DNA of 64,000 nucleotides from the NCBI GenBank assembly GCA_028534125.1, contig CM052816.1, positions 24,244,001-24,308,000 of the forward strand, given 5' to 3'. A model generated the notes under the pieces. That model was given only the letters and a program-made list of their open reading frames with translations. It searched no databases and was not told the origin of the DNA. The translations under genes were made by a program, and so were the position numbers. Positions 48,915-59,930 of the stretch are shown one piece after another (the first letter of the stretch is position 1; each line of letters starts with the position of its first letter). The stretch is from Lama glama (lineage: Eukaryota).

Positions 48915-50040
48915 GACTGAAACTATAGAACTCCTAGAGGAAAACAGGCAGTAAGCTCCTTGACATCGGTCTTGGCAATGATTTTGGATTTGACACCAAA
49001 AATGAAGATAATAAAAACAAAAATAAACAAATGAGACTTCATCAAACTAAAAAGCTTCTGTACAGCAAAGGAAACTATCAACAAAACTGAAATGCAAGCT
49101 ACAGAATAGGAGGAAATATTTGCAAATCATATATCTGATAGGGAATAATACCAAAAATACGTAAAGAACTCCTACAACTCAATAGCAAAGAAACAGTCTG
49201 ATTTTAAAATGAGCAGAGGATCTGAATAGACATTTTTCCAAGGAAGACATACAGATGGCCAGTGGGCACATGAAAAGATGCTCCATATTGCTAATCATCA
49301 GAGAAAGCAAAGCAAACCCGTAATAAGCTATCACCTCATACCTGTTAGAATGGCTATTATCAAAAGGACAAGAAATAACAAGTGTTGGTGAGGACAGAGA
49401 AAAGGGAACTTTTGTGCACTGCTAGCAGGAATGTAAACTTGTGCAGCCACTATGGAAAACAGTATGAAGGTGCCTCAAAAAGTTAAAAATAGAACTACCA
49501 TATGATGATCCAGCATTCCACTTCTGGGTATTTATCCAAAGAAAATGAAAACACTAATTTGAAAAGATATATGCACTTTCATGTTCACTGCAGTAATATT
49601 TCTAATAGCCAAGATATGGAAATAACCTAAGTGTCCACTGATGGATGAATAGATAAAGAAGATATGATATCTATATTGAAATACTATTCAGCCATAAAAA
49701 AGAGTAGAATCTTTTCATTTATGGCAACATGGATGGACTCAGGGCATTATGCTAAGTTGAGTAAGTCAGAGAAAGACAAATATCGTATATGCAGAATTTA
49801 AAAACAAAACAAATAAACAAAACAAACAGACATAAAAACCCCAAACCCATAGATGCAGAGAACAGATTAGCGGTTGCCAGAGAGGAGGGGAGTAGGGTGG
49901 ATGAAATGGGTAAAAAGGGTCAAAATGTACAAACTTCCAGTTATAAAATAAGTCATGGGATGTAACATACAGCATGGTGACTACAGTTAATAATACATGT
50001 ATTGTGTATTTGAAAGTTGCTAAGACAGTTAAAAAAAAAA
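48915..50040 (+). mobile_element. L1 (L1MA9/10-like or cetartiodactyl L1) ORF2 end, 3' UTR and poly(A)
   Basis: 'aactcctagaggaaaaca...atcaaactaaaaagcttctgtacagcaaagga...cacttctgggtatttatccaaa...tgtgtatttgaaagttgctaagac' plus A-run. Confidence 0.92.
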
Positions 50041-50044
50041 GCCT

Positions 50045-50850
50045 TACATTAGTTGGATATGTCTGTTTCAACTATTAACCAATACTGATACATTATTTTT
50101 AACTAATGCCTATATTCCACTGAGATTCCTTAGTTTTTACCTAATATCCAAATTTCTGTTTCAGAAGTCCATCCAGTATCCCACATTACATTTAGTTGTC
50201 ATGTCTCCCTAGGCTCCCCTTAGTTGTGACAGTTTCTTAGACTTTCCCTTGTATTTGACAACCTTGACAGTTTTAAAAAGCACTGGTCAGGCATTTTATA
50301 GAATATTCCTCAACTGGGATTTGTCTGATGTTTTTTCTCATAAATGGACTGGAGTTACTAGTTTTGAAGAAGACCAAAATAAAATGCTTGAGTTCATCAC
50401 ATATGAAGGGTTCATACTATCAACATGACTCACTATTGATTTTGATCTTGATCTGAGGTCTGAGGTAATGTGAGGTTTCTCCATTGTAAAGTTACTCTTT
50501 CCCCCTCTTTCCCCACTGTACTCTTTGGAAGGAAATCAGAATGCACAGCCCACACTTAAAGAATGGGGAATTACACTCCACATTCTTGAGGTGAGAATGT
50601 CTACATAAATTATATGGATTTCTTCTATACAAGAAAATTTTCTCTTCTCTGCACCACCTGGCCCCCACCCTCTGGTTATTTATTTATACAGTCATTCACT
50701 TACATCAGTATGGACTCTTACACTTTGGGTTATAATGCAATATGACTTTATTTATTTTGTTGCCCAGACTGTTCCATGTTTGGCCACTGGTGCTCTTATG
50801 CTTGGGTCCTACATCTCTTTGAAATAACCCCATCATTGTGGGGTTTGTTT
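50045..50850 (-). mobile_element. L1MC-like 3' UTR fragment
   Basis: 'ccaatactgatacattat...ccacattacatttagttgtcatgtctcc...cactggtcaggcattttatagaatattcctcaactgggatttgtctgatg'. Confidence 0.8.
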
Positions 50851-51369
50851 TTTGTGGGATTTTTTAAAGTAATTATTTGTTTTCAAGTTAATTGTTTCTT
50901 GCACATTGGTAGTTATCAACTTGTCTCTTCTATTTCAGTAATCAATCAATTTCTATTCAAGTGAACTAGTAGCATTTTTAAAAAATGAGTCACGTGGGAT
51001 TATTAACCAGATTTTTCAGTACCCTTGATCTTCTCCTTGTATATACTACCCAGTCATGAGACCCTTTTTGGATTCAAAGATCAGCTGTTTTATACGCAGT
51101 GAAAACCACATTAGATCAGAAGTAAATAGGGACACAGACTGGAATATGAAGAATTAGATAATGAACAACAAAAAATACAGAATACAAAAGCAGAGGGCTT
51201 TTAGAAATAAAAAAGTGAATTCTCTAAAAAAACAAGCTTGAAATTCAAGTACACGAGACCATTTGTTAAACTAACACACCTCCTAACATAATCAAGAGTG
51301 TCTCAGCCAGAGAAGCAACCTGCATACTGAATGGTAAGCTGGAGACACAGTATTAAAACCACGAATGAA

Positions 51370-51405
51370 CACATTGTAACTGACTATACTTAAAAAAAAA
51401 AAAAA
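51370..51405 (+). mobile_element. Ultra-short L1 3' terminus insertion with poly(A) and TSD
   Basis: 'cacattgtaactgactatactt(A)14', nearly the same terminus as 41113-41134; flanked by gaatgaa (51363-51369 and 51407-51413). Confidence 0.7.
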
Positions 51406-51419
51406 TGAATGAAACTCTT

Positions 51420-54400
51420 TTCACCATGACTATACAGCATTCTTCTGGAAGCTACAGCCCTCTCTAAGAAAAAGAAATCAAAGGAAAGGAAGAAAAGATA
51501 ATCATTATTTGTATGTTGTATTCCTATTTACCTAGAGGCTTAACAGAACCAACAAAAATATAATAAATATTTAATAAAAAATAAAAATCTGTACATGAAA
51601 TAAACCAAAATCAATAGCTTTTCTATGCATGGGCAATAAGTAGTTACAAAATATAATGGGAAAGACCCCATTTACTAGAGAATAAGATATTCTGTCATAA
51701 ATCTGTATTTGGAAAATTAAAATACTTTACTGAGGGAAATAAAAGAAAACTTGCATAAATGCTGTATTTTCCTAGGTGTTAAGTGTAAATCTCAACTTTA
51801 CAATGGCAACTCAAAAAAAAAAAAAGGGAAAAATAACAGAAGTGATCAGTAAAATCTAGGGGATAATAATATTGGTGATCTACCTCTATCAGTTATTAAA
51901 TGAATTACAAAGCTATAAGAACTTTAAAATGTGATGTTTTCCAAGAATAGACATATTACTAAGGTAGAACCTAGGAAAAGATTCCAGTATGTTCAAGAAT
52001 ATAGGTAAAGGTAACATGCAAATTAAGAAGTTATCAATAAATAGACTTGAACCAATTGATAAACCACTTTGAGAAAATGAAAGTTAGCTTTTGACATCAC
52101 ATCATACACCAAAATAAATTATAAATAGATTGAAGAGTTTATAAAATCATAAAAGTCATAGAAAATCTAGGATGAACATTTATCTGCACTTGGAGTGAAG
52201 GCCCTTCTAAGTAGAGCAATATTAGAAGACACCACAGAGAACATGATTGATGGCTTTAAATTCTAAAACTTGAGTCAAATAGACTATAAACAAAATTAGA
52301 AACAAATAACAGGATTAAGTTAAATATATATGGCAAAGAGTTAATGTCTTTAATATATACATAGAATTTCTAAGCACCACTAAGAAAAAGACCAAAGAAA
52401 ATAGCAAACTGGGGAATAAGCATGATTAGTGAAATCAGAAGACAGAATATTATGGCCCAAGAAAACATGATGAAGTTTTAAAAGAGTATTTTTTACTTTA
52501 TATTTATTTATGTCAAGAAACTAATAACAAAATAGCATACTTAATTTGCCAGTTTGAAGAGATGTTTTAAAACAATGAAAACCCAGTCGTGACAAAGATT
52601 CAGGGAAATGGCATTTTCATTCACTACCAGTGGAAGTAAAAATTTGGCAGAAAATGGACACTTTTAGGGGTGGGGGCATTCACGGAAAGAAGACTGGAAT
52701 GCAGGCTGAGATCCTAGTCCAAGCTTTCTGTGTTGCTGTGTGAACCTGAACAGGAAGTATAAGATCTCTGCATCTTTGTTTTTTCATCTGTAAACAAGGA
52801 GGTGGGTTTAAAAATATGATCAGTTTAAGTGAAGACAAGAGAAGCCCTGAGACTAGGAGAAAGATGGGAAACTTTGGGGCCAGAAGTGAATTGTTTCAGG
52901 AGAGAATTTGACTAAAATTTCAGATTTGTTTATTGTCATAGTATAGAAACCCCAGAAACAATCCCCCAAATATATGTGGCAACTTGGCAGAGGGTAGATA
53001 AAGCATTAAAAATAAGTAGTGAAAGGAAGGATTATTTAATAAATTATTCAGCTCTTATTATGAAAAAAGAAAGGTAGATTAATGCCTCATCTTATACAGA
53101 TGGATAATTTAAGGTAGATTAAGGGCCTGAATGTATAAAATAAACCTTTAAATTTTTTAGAAGGAAATACGAAAGAATATTTTTATGACTGTGAGGGAGA
53201 GATTATTTCTCAGTCAGTACACAGAAAGGACAATTCATAAAGGAAAGATTACATTAAGAAGTATAACTCTTTTATGCAAGAGCCACTACAAATAAAGTTA
53301 AGACAAAAACCCTGGACTGGAAAAATATAATTTCAACACATAAAACAGAATATACATTGGTTTCCAGACTACAGAGATGGAGAATCCTTACAAATCAGTA
53401 TGAAAAAGACAAACAACTGACTACAAAAATGAGTAGTAGCAAAGGATGCCTGCAGGCAGGACACAAAGGAGGAGATTTAAAGGACCAATAAATATAAAAA
53501 GAGATGTTGAGACTTACTAACAATTAGGAGAAATGCTTACTAAACTAAAGAGGTACCATTCCTAATCCATCAGAATAACAAAAAATAAAGAAGTATAACT
53601 GTCCAAATGTTGGGCAGGATGAATGGAACAGAGAATTTTCCCAGCTTGCTAGGCATACAGTCTAATACACCTTTTTGGAAAGCAAGTTGGCAATACCTGG
53701 TGAAGTTGAAAATGTGGTCTATGAAGCAGCAGTTTTACCCCTAGAAATATTCCCTAGAGAAGCACGTGCAACAGAAGCCCTGTGCAAGGACATTCACCAA
53801 AACATTCTTCGTCATGGCAGAACCTGATGTCTGTTAATGGAGTAAAGATAAATTCTACTATTTTCACATTTTGTTTCTGTTGTTGCTACATCCCTACCCA
53901 CGAGTTGCTGGAACATTGTTGGTGCACATAAATTTGTTGAGTAAATGAATATGGCACTTCATGACATGTAGGGCAATTAAAAATGAATAAACTAGATCCA
54001 TATATATCAACATCAATAGATTTCAGAAACATTTTTGGGTGAACAAATTATTTTGGAATTTGAATACTGTGGTATGAATTTAACACACAGGAAACAATAC
54101 TATATATTGTTCATATACCTATAGATGTAGTAAAAATATTAAGACATAGTCTAGAAGGAAACACACAAAATTTATAATGGTGGTTGCCTCTGGGAGAGAA
54201 GGAATGAAGGTAGGAAAGAGAAAGGGAGAAGGAAAATGAGAGTAGGGGTTGGGAGACAAAAGGAGACTTCAGTTTACCTCTATGATCTTATTTCTTCTAA
54301 TAAGAAAAATTCATTTGAAGCATAAATGACCAAGTATAAATTTTTTTTTTAAAATCTTACTTGGTGTTTATTTTCTCTACTTATAGAACTTTTTACATAA
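51420..54400 (+). mobile_element. Highly decayed L1ME-like ORF2/3' UTR fragments (MIR at about 52690-52800 inside)
   Basis: A-rich, with L1 motifs such as 'aaaatcaatagcttttctatg', 'cacatcatacaccaaaataaatt', 'gcaagttggcaatacctggtgaagttgaaaatg'; no intact ORF. Confidence 0.7.
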
Positions 54401-54449
54401 AAAGAACACTTTTATTCATAAAATAAGAAGAGATAATTATATTAATGGA

Positions 54450-55150
54450 AGTAAGGAATAAACAGTGGAAATTCCAAATACAGTGAATGAAATAAAAAAT
54501 TCATTTGCTGGGTTTAAAATAAAGTGAAGTCAAGTAATTAAAAGACAAGATTGAATATACAAGAGAAAATGTAATGGGCCTGGACACTCAGTCCTACAAT
54601 TGCAACATCTGGTTAGTAAGAGCTCCAGAAAGAGAAAACAAAGACGAGGAGGGGAAGTAACAAGTATTTCAAGAGATAATAAAACATTTCCTAGAGCTGA
54701 GAAAACGTAAGGACCTCCAGATTAAAGTGGCAAATCCTTATGAAATTCTGAACACAAAAGATAAAAGAGAATATGCCAGTGGCATTCAGAGGGGGAGAAA
54801 AGTTGCTTACAAAGAAGAAAGAACCAGAGTGGCATTTTATTCCCAATCAGCAACATGTTAGAAGAATGAATTTATAGTTCTGAGGGAAAATAATTGTGAA
54901 CCTACTATTTAAGTACTATTAAGCTCTTAGCCAATGTAAAGGCAGAATAAAGATTTTTGGAAGACTCTGGAATAAAGCTCCCTGGGGAGATAATTAAGAA
55001 TATTTTCTAGCAGAGGAATAAGGGAGCCTGAAAGAGAGAATAAAGAACATCATTTGAAAAAATACTGACCCTACTCTCAGAGTACAGTGAAAAGAAACCC
55101 TAAAGTTGTGGCAGGTTTAGATAACAGTATGTCTGAATTACAAGATGAAG
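54450..55150 (+). mobile_element. HAL1 or L1 ORF1-like decayed fragment
   Basis: 'gagctccagaaagagaaaac...aaacatttcctagagctgag...ctccagattaaag...ttctgagggaaaataattgtgaaccta' is ORF1-type sequence. Confidence 0.6.
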
Positions 55151-55744
55151 TCAGCAACAGGAAACATTCAAAAAGAATGTGGATTTTCTGTATTGATTTG
55201 ATTAACCAGCTATATGATCTTAGTATTAAAGTGAAAAATAAGCTATAACTATCAACAGGATAGAAACAAAACAAAAACAAAGGCAATTCAAACTGTCAGG
55301 AAAAACAAAAAGCTCCATAAGAAATACATAGTCCAATTAAGAAGCTAATGAAAATGTGTTTGGATTTTAAGCAACTGGTCCAATATAATACAATTTTTAA
55401 AATTTTGACCTTAAGGCTTGGAGGATTCTCTTTCAAGCAGCACAAGTTAAGGAACTGAGTATCTCTTCTTAGGGTCTGAAGTGAATAATATCTATGAATT
55501 GTAGTACTGAAATGCTCTTTCTTGGTTTTCATTTTCTGCAGTTTATTTTTAGGGAGTTTGTGGAAGGCAATTATGATTATCAGCAATTTAAATTATGAAC
55601 CCTAAAATGCAAAATGTATGATATGGCTGAGAGAATTTTGGTGATGGAATAGAGCAACGGAGAGAAGTGAAATGGTACCAGTTTCCACAACTTACACAAT
55701 TAAGAGATACTGGGTTTAAATTGATGGATTAAGAAATAAATGTT

Positions 55745-55829
55745 GGGGGAGGGGTATAGCTCAGTGGTAGAGCTTGTGCTTAGCATGCACGAGGTCCTGG
55801 GTTCAATCCCCAATACCTCTATTTGAAAA
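55745..55829 (+). mobile_element. tRNA-Ala(AGC)-derived SINE (camelid Vic-1-like), short form
   Basis: GGGGTATAGCTCAGTGGTAGAGCTTGTGCTTAGCATGCACGAGGTCCTGGGTTCAATCCCCAATACCTC with A and B boxes and a short A tail; TSD aagaaataaatgt (55731-55743) / aagaaagaaatgt (55830-55842). Confidence 0.9.
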
Positions 55830-56659
55830 AAGAAAGAAATGTCAGCATGTTGTTTAAAGTTCTAAAGCTAGCAAACAATTTAAAAGTAAAAAATAGGGAA
55901 AAATTTGGGGACAGAAGGAAGGAGGGAAAAAAAGGTAGTGAACTAAATTTCTAATTTTTTTTTAAACAGAGAGTTAACTGATGCTGCTAAAATTTGAAAA
56001 ATCAAGAAAAGAGGTAAAAGTACTGCCAGAAGAACTAAAACCAAGAAATCTAGCAGATCGTTACCAGGACTAGGAGTGGTGTATGAACTGGAGGTGTTAT
56101 GCCTCCATTTATATCCTCCTTTAGTAAGTGAATTTGTATTGCTGTGAGAATTCATTACTTTTATAATAAATTTTAAAAGGGAGATAAAAATTTTTAAGGC
56201 TCCTTCTGCCTTGCTGATTCCTCCGACCTCACTCCATAAACCTCCGTAGTCTTCCTAGAGAGTAAAGAGCCTCTTGGCCACAACTCAAAAACCCATAGAG
56301 CAAATACTGAACAATGGACAAAAATGTCAAAGAACTCAAATGGAAACATTTAAGGTCGGTGCCTTACAGACAGTGCTGTTAGAGTATGTCTGACCCACTA
56401 CTCTCAGCGAGATGAATCAAACATCACCTGCAATCAGCAGGGAAAAGATCAGTCCCGTGAACCCAGTCAGCAGAGAAACAGACGGGCTCAAAGGATTCAT
56501 GGGGGTATACAGACATACAATAACGAAGGTGAAACTCTGCTCAAGTTCACTGTTCACTCAAAGGAACTTACCATAGTCAAAGTATGACAAACTGTATCAT
56601 GAAAGAAATCTCCAAGTAGTACAACATTTTGAACCCCATTAAAGATAAAAATAAATAAT

Positions 56660-56890
56660 AGCAACTAACATGTTACTGAATGCCTATTATAGCCAAGGAC
56701 TGTGCTGAGCGCTTAATGTGTATTATTTCATTTAATCTTCAAAAGATTCCAGTGAGGTTAGCACTATTATTATCCCCAATTATAGATGAGGAAACTGAGC
56801 CACTGAGGGATGAATAACTTGCCCAGAATTACACAGCCAGTAAGAATAGCACATAGATTCCAAATCTGCCTAATTCAAAAACCTGTGAGT
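56660..56890 (-). mobile_element. MIR SINE
   Basis: 'ttatccccaattatagatgaggaaactgagccactgagggatgaataacttgcccagaattacacagccagtaag'. Confidence 0.85.
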
Positions 56891-56991
56891 TTAGAAAATA
56901 TGAACACGTTTTGTTAGAAGTAAATAAGTATAATCTCAACACCCTGGGATTTTAATGTATTTTAATGTATCTCATCCTACCAATATACTTT

Positions 56992-57137
56992 ATTTATTTA
57001 TTTGTTTGTTTTTAATTTGGGGAGGGAGATAATTAGGTTTATTTATTTATTTAATTTTAGAGGAGGTACTGGGGATTGAGCCCAGGACCTTCTGCATGCT
57101 AAGCATGCACTCTATCACTTGAGCTATATCCTTCCCC
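56992..57137 (-). mobile_element. tRNA-Ala-derived SINE (Vic-1-like), long form with bipartite A-rich tail
   Basis: Reverse complement reads ggggaaggatatagctcaagtgatagagtgcatgcttagcatgcagaaggtcctgggctcaatccccagtacctcc-(taaa)n-cctaattatctccctcccc-(A-rich); TSD accaatatacttt (56979-56991) / accaatgtacttt (57138-57150). Confidence 0.92.
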
Positions 57138-57349
57138 ACCAATGTACTTTCTATGTGTGATACATTTTCTATTTCTTACCAATTTCGGGATCATGAATTT
57201 CTATCTATACTAATATATTGTGTGTATGTGTATACATGCACACAATATATTGTTTGATAATCAACTTTTTTCATTTAAGAATAATTGAATATTATTTCAC
57301 ATGATTCAATAGCCTCTGCACTATCAATTTTGAAGTTTGCCTGGTATTA

Positions 57350-57690
57350 ATTTATTCATTCACTTAATCAATATTTATTAAAGTACAAGGCGCTGTTCTA
57401 GACACTGTACTACACAAGTAAACAAGCACACAAAAATCCCCAATTTATGGAATTTACATTTTAGTGTGGGGAAATAACTAAGAGAGTAAGTGAAGTGTAT
57501 ATTATGATGGAAGGTGGAATGTACTACAAGGATTAAAAAATATAACAGGATAAGAAGGATCAGGAGAGCTAGGAGGGTGGTAAGGTGATTGAAGTTTTCA
57601 TTGAGAACATGATATTTGAGCAAAGCCTTGATGGAGGTAAAGGAGTAATCCAGACAGTAATCCCTCCTGGGGTAATCTGGTGAGAAAACT
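57350..57690 (-). mobile_element. L2 3' end
   Basis: 'ttattcattcacttaatcaatatttattaaagtac...gttctagacactg...atggaatttacattttagtgtgggga...gatatttgagcaaagccttga'. Confidence 0.8.
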
Positions 57691-57694
57691 CTTA

Positions 57695-58258
57695 TAAAAT
57701 TGAAATGTACTTCATGTATGATAAAACTCACCCTCTTTATATATAGAGTTCATTGGCTTTTATTATATTAACAAAGTTGTGCAACCATTGTCTAATTCTC
57801 TAACATTATAATCACCCCCCAAAAAATCCTGTACCCGTTAGCAGTCACTCACCATTGCCCCCTCCCCCAGCCCTTGGCAACCACTAAACAACTTTCTGTC
57901 TCGGTGGCTTTGTCTGTTTCATACATTTCATGTAAATGGAATCATACAATGTGTGACCTCTTGTATCTGGCTTCTTTCACTGAGCAAATGTCTCCAAGGT
58001 TCATCCAGGTCATAGCATGTATCAATACTTCACTTCTTTTATGGCTGAATAATATTCAATTGTGTAGATATACCACAGTTTATTTATCCATTCACTGGTT
58101 GATGGATATGGGTTATTTCTATTTCTCGGGTACCATGAATAATGCTGCTTTGAACAGTCAGGTACAAGTTTTGGTGGGAACATGTATTTTCTGTTCTGCT
58201 GGGTATATACTATATTTAACTTTTAAGGAACTGCTAGACTGTTTTCCAAAGTGGCTGT
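57695..58258 (-). mobile_element. L1MB-like 3' end inserted in L2
   Basis: 'cagcccttggcaaccactaaacaactttctgtctc...catttcatgtaaatggaatcatac...gactgttttccaaagtggctg'. Confidence 0.88.
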
Positions 58259-58259
58259 G

Positions 58260-59460
58260 CCAGGAAGAATTTACAGCAAAAGGAACAACCAGTGCAAAGG
58301 CATATCTACAGCACAGGAGGGAGGCCATTGTGGCTGAAGTGGAGCATGTGAGTCAAAGACAGGGTCAGAGAGATAATGGGGGGAGGACTAGAACATACAG
58401 GGTCCCTTAGGCCATTGTATGGGCTTGATTGTGGTAATGGTCCCACAGTGTATGTAGGTATGCATGTGTATGTATGTGTGTGTATGTGTGTGTGTGTGTG
58501 TGTCAAAATTGATCTTATTGTATATTTTAAATTTCTGTATTTTAGGGTACTTTCAGTTATACCTTATTAAAGCTAAAAATAGAGATAATTGGAGGTAAGA
58601 CATAAGAAAACCTCTTGAGATTAGCTGCTAGAGGATCAGAAAAATGAGATGATAGCAAAGAAGTGGGATAAAAGAAATTGTTTTGATGTGGGAGAAATAA
58701 CCACTTATGTGTATGCTGTTGGGAATGGTCCAGTAAGAGAAACTGATGCTGTTCAAGAGGGGAAGATTGCTAGAGTAAATTCTGTAGAGTAGATAGGCCT
58801 GCAAGGGGGGGAGGATCTAGAACACAAACAGAGAAAGAAGAGCACACGTGGTTCATTTACAGTGACAGAGAAGCTGAGTCTATGTGTACAGGTGTCAGTA
58901 AGGGAGGAGATGGGATGGTGAGTGTCTGTAGAAGTTCTTTCTGGATCACTTCACTTTTCTCCATGAAGTAGGAAGCAAGGTCATCAGCTGAGAATGAGGA
59001 TAGGGAAGAAGGCATTGGAGGTTTGAGGGGAGAAAGGTCAGTATGAACCTGTTGTCAAGGAGAGGGAGAATGTATTAAGGAACACATTAAGGAATAGAGT
59101 GAGGAGTGATTGCTGGGCACCATTTAGGGCTCATTGAGTCTTGTGGTCATGAATTTCCATTCAGTGAAGTTGTGTCTTTTCCTCAGTCATGGACAACAGC
59201 AAGGGAGCAGGCAGAGAGTTGGGGGAGAATTGGATCATGGTTTTGCCAAAAGAACAGATGAGCAAGAGAGGATGAGTTGTAAGTGCATGCAAGAGATTGT
59301 TTATAATGATGGACCATTTGTTTAAACTTATTTGTGTAAATGGGGTCAGGAGAGAAGAAAGAACATCAATGGATTGGAGATCCTGTGGGAGTCAAAAGAC
59401 TGTTGGAGTGGGATACTGGAAGGCGGGAGTTGGAAAGGTAAGGGTGATGATCAGAGAGTG
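58260..59460 (-). mobile_element. L2 continuation (decayed; interrupted by a TG repeat)
   Basis: 'cagcaaaaggaacaaccagtgcaaaggc', 'cttcacttttctccatgaagtaggaagcaaggtcatcagctgagaatgagg'. Confidence 0.7.
58447..58503. repeat. (TG)n/(TATG)n microsatellite
   Basis: Directly visible. Confidence 0.95.
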
Positions 59461-59836
59461 GAACACACGGCACAGTATTCCATTACATGGATTTACAGAG
59501 TTTGTTTAACCAACTGGGACCCTTTTCTAATATAAGTCTGTAGGATTACAAAAACTAGCTTCTTTACTTCTACCACCTCTTGTTTCTTGGTCATTGCTGT
59601 TTCTTCCTGAGAGCCCAGGAATTTCTGCCACATTCAATCCCATCATTCTCAGATCACTGAACCCAACCTAACTATTCCTTTTAAGCACCTTACTGTCTGT
59701 GATCCCAACTCTAACACCTGTCCTTGAATCGTGCTGGGAATTCTGTGATCCCTTTGAGAACCAGAAAGAAAGCGAGAGGAAACCAGTCCACTTGCTTTGT
59801 GTCTGTCCCTCCAGCATCTCCCTGGGGGCAACTTAC

Positions 59837-59930
59837 CTTGTCAAGATCGGAGTCTTGGATGAAGCATTAGAATGGAGACAGGTGGAGTGTTCTTCTTTTA
59901 CAGCAGAGGTTCCAGCGTCCTTGTCCAGAA
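59837..59930 (-). ncRNA. Candidate internal exon (94 nt) of a minus-strand spliced, probably non-coding transcript
   Basis: Minus strand reads ctcctttatctttgtag|TTCTGGAC...TTGACAAG|gtaagt: pyrimidine tract, AG and a consensus donor. Confidence 0.45.

Noticed and set aside
55750..55821. Functional tRNA-Ala gene
   Set aside because: Flanked by a 13-bp TSD with an A tail and extra 5' G residues, no T-run terminator directly downstream, and a related SINE copy nearby; better explained as a retroposed SINE.
57874..58410. Longest ORF in the track (178 aa)
   Set aside because: Lies on the antisense of an L1 3' end and runs into L2; starts at TTG; typical repeat-derived chance ORF.
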